Assembly (NCBI GenBank): GCA_051294375.1
Contig: CM119264.1
Location: 1,161,923 to 1,225,922 of the forward strand
Reading direction: 5' to 3'
DNA length: 64,000 bases
DNA from: Paraspadella gotoi
Lineage: Eukaryota; Animalia; Chaetognatha
This document shows, one piece after another, positions 58,693 through 64,000 of the stretch. A model generated the notes under the pieces. It saw only the letters and a list, made by a program, of their open reading frames with translations, had not been told where the DNA came from and made no database searches. The translations under genes and the position numbers were made by a program. Each line of letters opens with the position of its first letter. Position 1 is the first letter of the stretch.

Positions 58693-60239
58693 CATTTAAT
58701 GAAAAACTCATGGATTTCTAGGGGCGAAATTAAGATGAGATTTTTATCTGTGAATAAAGTGACGGTGAGACAAGCGCAGGAGTCTTGATCAATAAATACT
58801 GAAACTAGAACAAGCTAGGTCTATTTAGAGCGTGGGTAAAATTTACAGTTGCAATGTTTCTGCAAGCTGATTGGTAGATTCTGGTTCCATGCTTGACCAA
58901 TCAGGATTCGGCGATTCCATTTCCGCGGAGATCTCCCGAGTCTCCGATCTGATTTGCTTTTTTTGGTGGCTTCATACTCCTGCGATGACATTCAATGGAC
59001 CAAAAATTTCATAAAATGGCTCGAAGCACTAGTAATTAATATTTTAATATTTATTTATAAATAAAAAAATGTAAATTTTTTTAAAAAAATGTTATTTTAA
59101 AAAGCAGATTCGGATAGTTTATTAAAAGTTGTCTGCACAAAGTATAATCATTTTTTAAATATTTAGCTAAAAATTGAGAAAAACTTAAAAAAATCATCAT
59201 ATCATCATTCAATGATTTTAAGTTTTTGCTAATTTTTGGTAAGAAAACATCCAAATTTTAAAAAGTGAAATTACATTTTTGTTTAACTTTTTATCAATTA
59301 AAAAACTTATATATTGTAAAATTTGACATTATATAGCAAGATATAATATCTCCGCCTCTCCCTCTCACTCTTCATCTCCGAATAGAGCGCCAAAACAGCC
59401 ACCTTATCTTCATTCTCCTTAATACCATTCGTCTGTCTTTACTATCAAGGAAAAAAAAAGAGTTTAAAACTTCTTATAACAACAATCCTAACTAGCAAAG
59501 TACTTTTAAAAAACAAAATAGAAAGAAAATTAACAGTTTATTTTACACATTTTCAAACAACATTTGGAATCAAAAAAGGTTTTCAAGCTTCATTAATCAA
59601 CATTATAAAACCAATTAAGTCTGAAAATAATAATTAACTTTTATATAAAACTATAAAGTCAACGACTCTGTTTTGGAAAGAAAGAGGGTAATGAAAAAAA
59701 ATTAATACTGGATGCTTTCAATATTTTTCATTGGTACGAAAAGATGTACTAGTTGTGAAAACACTTTCATGTTTCGTATATTTCACAGCATCTCAGTAAT
59801 TCTTGTAAAAACAGTCAGCGAAAAGATTCATTTTTCATGATGAAAAAAATGTGACGTAGCATTCACTCATTTCATAATCAGACTAGAAACAATATTAAGT
59901 ACATTTTTAAACTAAAGACCAAAAAAACTGGATATGTGTTCAATTTATTTTCAATTCTAGTTAAAATAACGCGGGACGCATTCGAACATGTTATCTATGT
60001 TTTTAAATATATATGTATAAAAACTAAACACAATCAAAAACGGAATATTGCAATTTTTTTTTCAAAAAATAATACTAAAAATATAGATAATAGCGCAGAT
60101 CTACAAAAATCCATAAAATCTACTATAATAAAGAAACAAACATGGATTTTCAAATCAAACTTAAAAAAAGTCTCCACTTAAACTTTCATCAAAAATTCCG
60201 ATGTACATAAACAAACAAACTAACAATATTAAATTCTCT

Positions 60240-61350
60240 TTAATCGGATTTATCTTAGTTTTTTTCATTCCTGGAATCGGAGGTCGTGAACTTTCTTGGC
60301 AACGGCAGCACCGAGATTGTAACCCTAATTAATAATGATACTATTATCAATGGGAATAGTAATGTTAATTTGTATAAAAACGTGTTTTTCAGAAATGTGC
60401 GAGTCCGTCCGTTTCAAATACATTATGTTGTGGGCAGCAGACTTAAAGCTGCCTCACTGCTGTCCGTCCGCAACCTCGTCTCAATGGCTGAGCAGGCTAA
60501 ATCTTCTCATTCCATCCGTGCGTCCCGGGTTCAATCCCTGGGTATCGGTTCTGGCTTATATGTGACGGTGCCGGTATAAACATGCCAGAGACAGGAGGCG
60601 GTCACTGAGGGTCCGCAGCCCCTACGCCAGTTGGTGAGATACCTCGCGCCCCGGTATCACAGGCTATCCTCCCGTTGCCATAATGTCTCTCTTAGTCTTA
60701 TTGTCGTCATGTTCTTCTCTCTGCCTTTTTTTTCTTTCTTTCTATCCTTTTTTCTTTATTTATGTCCTTCTCTCTTCTTTCTATTTATCTTCATTCATCT
60801 CACCTTAGACGCCGTCCATTTGACGCACCGAAACCGTAACCTGCGGCGCCAGTGACGGCGCCCGCCGCAGTGGCCAGCGACGCCAGTTACAGCGCCGCCG
60901 CGGTGCCAACGACGCCGCTGCCCAGACGCCACAGCAGACCCGGTTGGGTCTGAGGTTGTGGCGGCGGCGACGGTGCCGCTGACTCGGCGAAAACCGTCTT
61001 GCGACAAAGAAAGGGGCTGAAAGAAAATGTTGTTGTTGTATATATAATAGTTGACTCTCCTTTCTGGGAGTGCTCTATTTCTTAGAATTAATGTTAACCT
61101 TATTATTTAACCTAATTTGCTTTTAAGCTTATGAACCGAATCCTAACTCTAATCCCTCTAATTACTCTAAATTCTAATTTAAAAATGAAATAGGGCGTTC
61201 GGGGAAAAATAAGGCCAATAGTTTCAGTATTCGTTCTACTATATTACAAATATAATGCGCTTATGTTCATTCGAAATATTTAATTTTTTTATAATAGTTT
61301 GGTCACCTGGTTTGTAAATTGGGAAGGCGGAAGCTCCGTCTCGGCGACAT
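60240..61350 (-). CDS. TMEM263: TMEM263-like small Gly/Ala-rich membrane protein, 3 exons (61350-61307, 61016-60804, 60324-60240)
   Basis: ATG at 61350; donors GTGACC and GTGAGA; acceptors TTTCAG and ATTAG. After single-base indel repair it reads ...PQPQTQPGLLWRLGSGVVGTAAG..AVTGAAGYGFGAVKWTASK|GYNLGAAVAKKVPRPPIPGMKKTKDKSD*. This matches the recalled TMEM263 pattern QQPGMLSRV..GGVAWIGGK..GSAVVNKVP..KKKDKSD. Confidence 0.75.
60476..60680 (+). mobile_element. tRNA-derived SINE-like element in TMEM263-like intron 2
   Basis: A-box-like TGGCTGAGCAGG and B-box GGTTCAATCCC at tRNA-like spacing, followed by a GC-rich body; no proper cloverleaf. Confidence 0.55.
61053..61216 (-). mobile_element. TTAGGG-MITE family member in TMEM263-like intron 1
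   Basis: GACTCTCCTTTCTGGGAGTGCTCTATTTC ... CCTAA-like units ... GAAATAGGGCGTTCGGGGAAAAATAAGGCC. Confidence 0.6.
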
Positions 61351-61619
61351 TTCTAGAAATTGTAATTAGAAGAACGAACAAATACAATTTATTTAATTTT
61401 ATTTAATTTTTTTATTACATTTATGAGGATTTTAGTTTAATCGTTCGTGACGGAATAAAAAAATGATGAGAAGAATTTTTCTTTCCATATAAAATTTTAA
61501 AAAAATCTTCATAGTTGCGGTTTTCACTGTATTCTTAGTATATTTATTAATAACACTCACATTTTCATATTACATGTTACGCATTATACATGAAATTGAT
61601 AAATCAATATAAGATTATC

Positions 61620-61905
61620 CATTAATTTAATAAATAAGCTATCTTGCCCCTGACTTCGGACAGGCTTTGGTGGTTTAAGGCCTCCATCACACTACTCTTA
61701 CTCTCTGCAAGATTTCAATCAAGACATATTAGTGAAGAGACAGTATCATTGTTATGAGTTAATGACAGAACCGTTCAATATAACCAGTCCCTTAACACCG
61801 TGTTACGGCGGTTAAGCGCCCTGTCCCTCTTAACTGCAAGGGACCACCGGCTAGAACCCCGATCTTTGGGTTGGAGGCGAATGGCCGCTGATGAACGGTT
61901 GGTGA
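61620..61905 (-). mobile_element. SINE-like dispersed repeat; its 3' part also occurs at ~1650-1730, ~11655-11730, ~25805-25920 and ~33487-33600
   Basis: Shared tail GTGATGGAGGCCT(T)AAACCA..GCCTGTCC.AAGTCA.GGGCAAGATAGCTTATTTATTAA. This copy has a weak B-box-like GGGTTCTAGCC near its 5' end. Confidence 0.55.
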
Positions 61906-62008
61906 TTTTGTCCACCATATTAGAAACAATAACGTCATCCAAAAGTATTTTAACATTCCATTCATTAANNNNNNNNNNNNNNNNNNNNNNNNNCCCCCCC
62001 AAACTCAG

Positions 62009-63944
<1,936 letters not shown>

Positions 63945-64000
63945 TAATCAGTCAATCAATCAATTAATTTAAAACCCACTAGTCATTCAATCATTGTATC

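Noticed and set aside
61880-61930. Hammerhead ribozyme (CTGATGA...GAAA)
   Set aside because: Stem II does not close next to the core, and no stems I/III are evident.

Overview
Draft-assembly window from an AT-rich, microsatellite-dense metazoan (invertebrate-like) genome. It has many 25-N gaps and redundant, indel-noisy segments: 1-6.3k is repeated at 10.1-16.1k; 22.6-32.5k is repeated at 32.5-38.9k, inverted at 38.9-42.9k and again at 46.1-51.4k; 53.6-55.6k is repeated at 62.0-64.0k. Most ORF-track entries are (AG)n/(GAC)n artefacts. Splice-aware reading gives four genes. (1) A PCTAIRE kinase (CDK16/17/18 family, CDK17-like C-terminus) on + at 51428-56498, with a clean copy of its first coding exon at 45776-45791. 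(2) A convergent 3-exon TMEM263-like gene on - at 60240-61350. (3) An intact, unrecognised 3-exon gene on - at 20806-22437 encoding a ~132-aa secreted protein built from three 4-Cys repeats. (4) A noisy minus-strand proprotein gene at ~1.8-9.0k, tentatively TGF-beta-like. Non-coding structure includes a polarised MITE-like family filled with degenerate TTAGGG repeats, two presence/absence insertions between duplicate copies, tRNA-derived SINE-like elements, a CCA-tailed tRNA-Leu 3' half, a CCAAT cluster, and minisatellites built from splice-site sequence. No database searches could be run, so family calls rest on recalled motifs.
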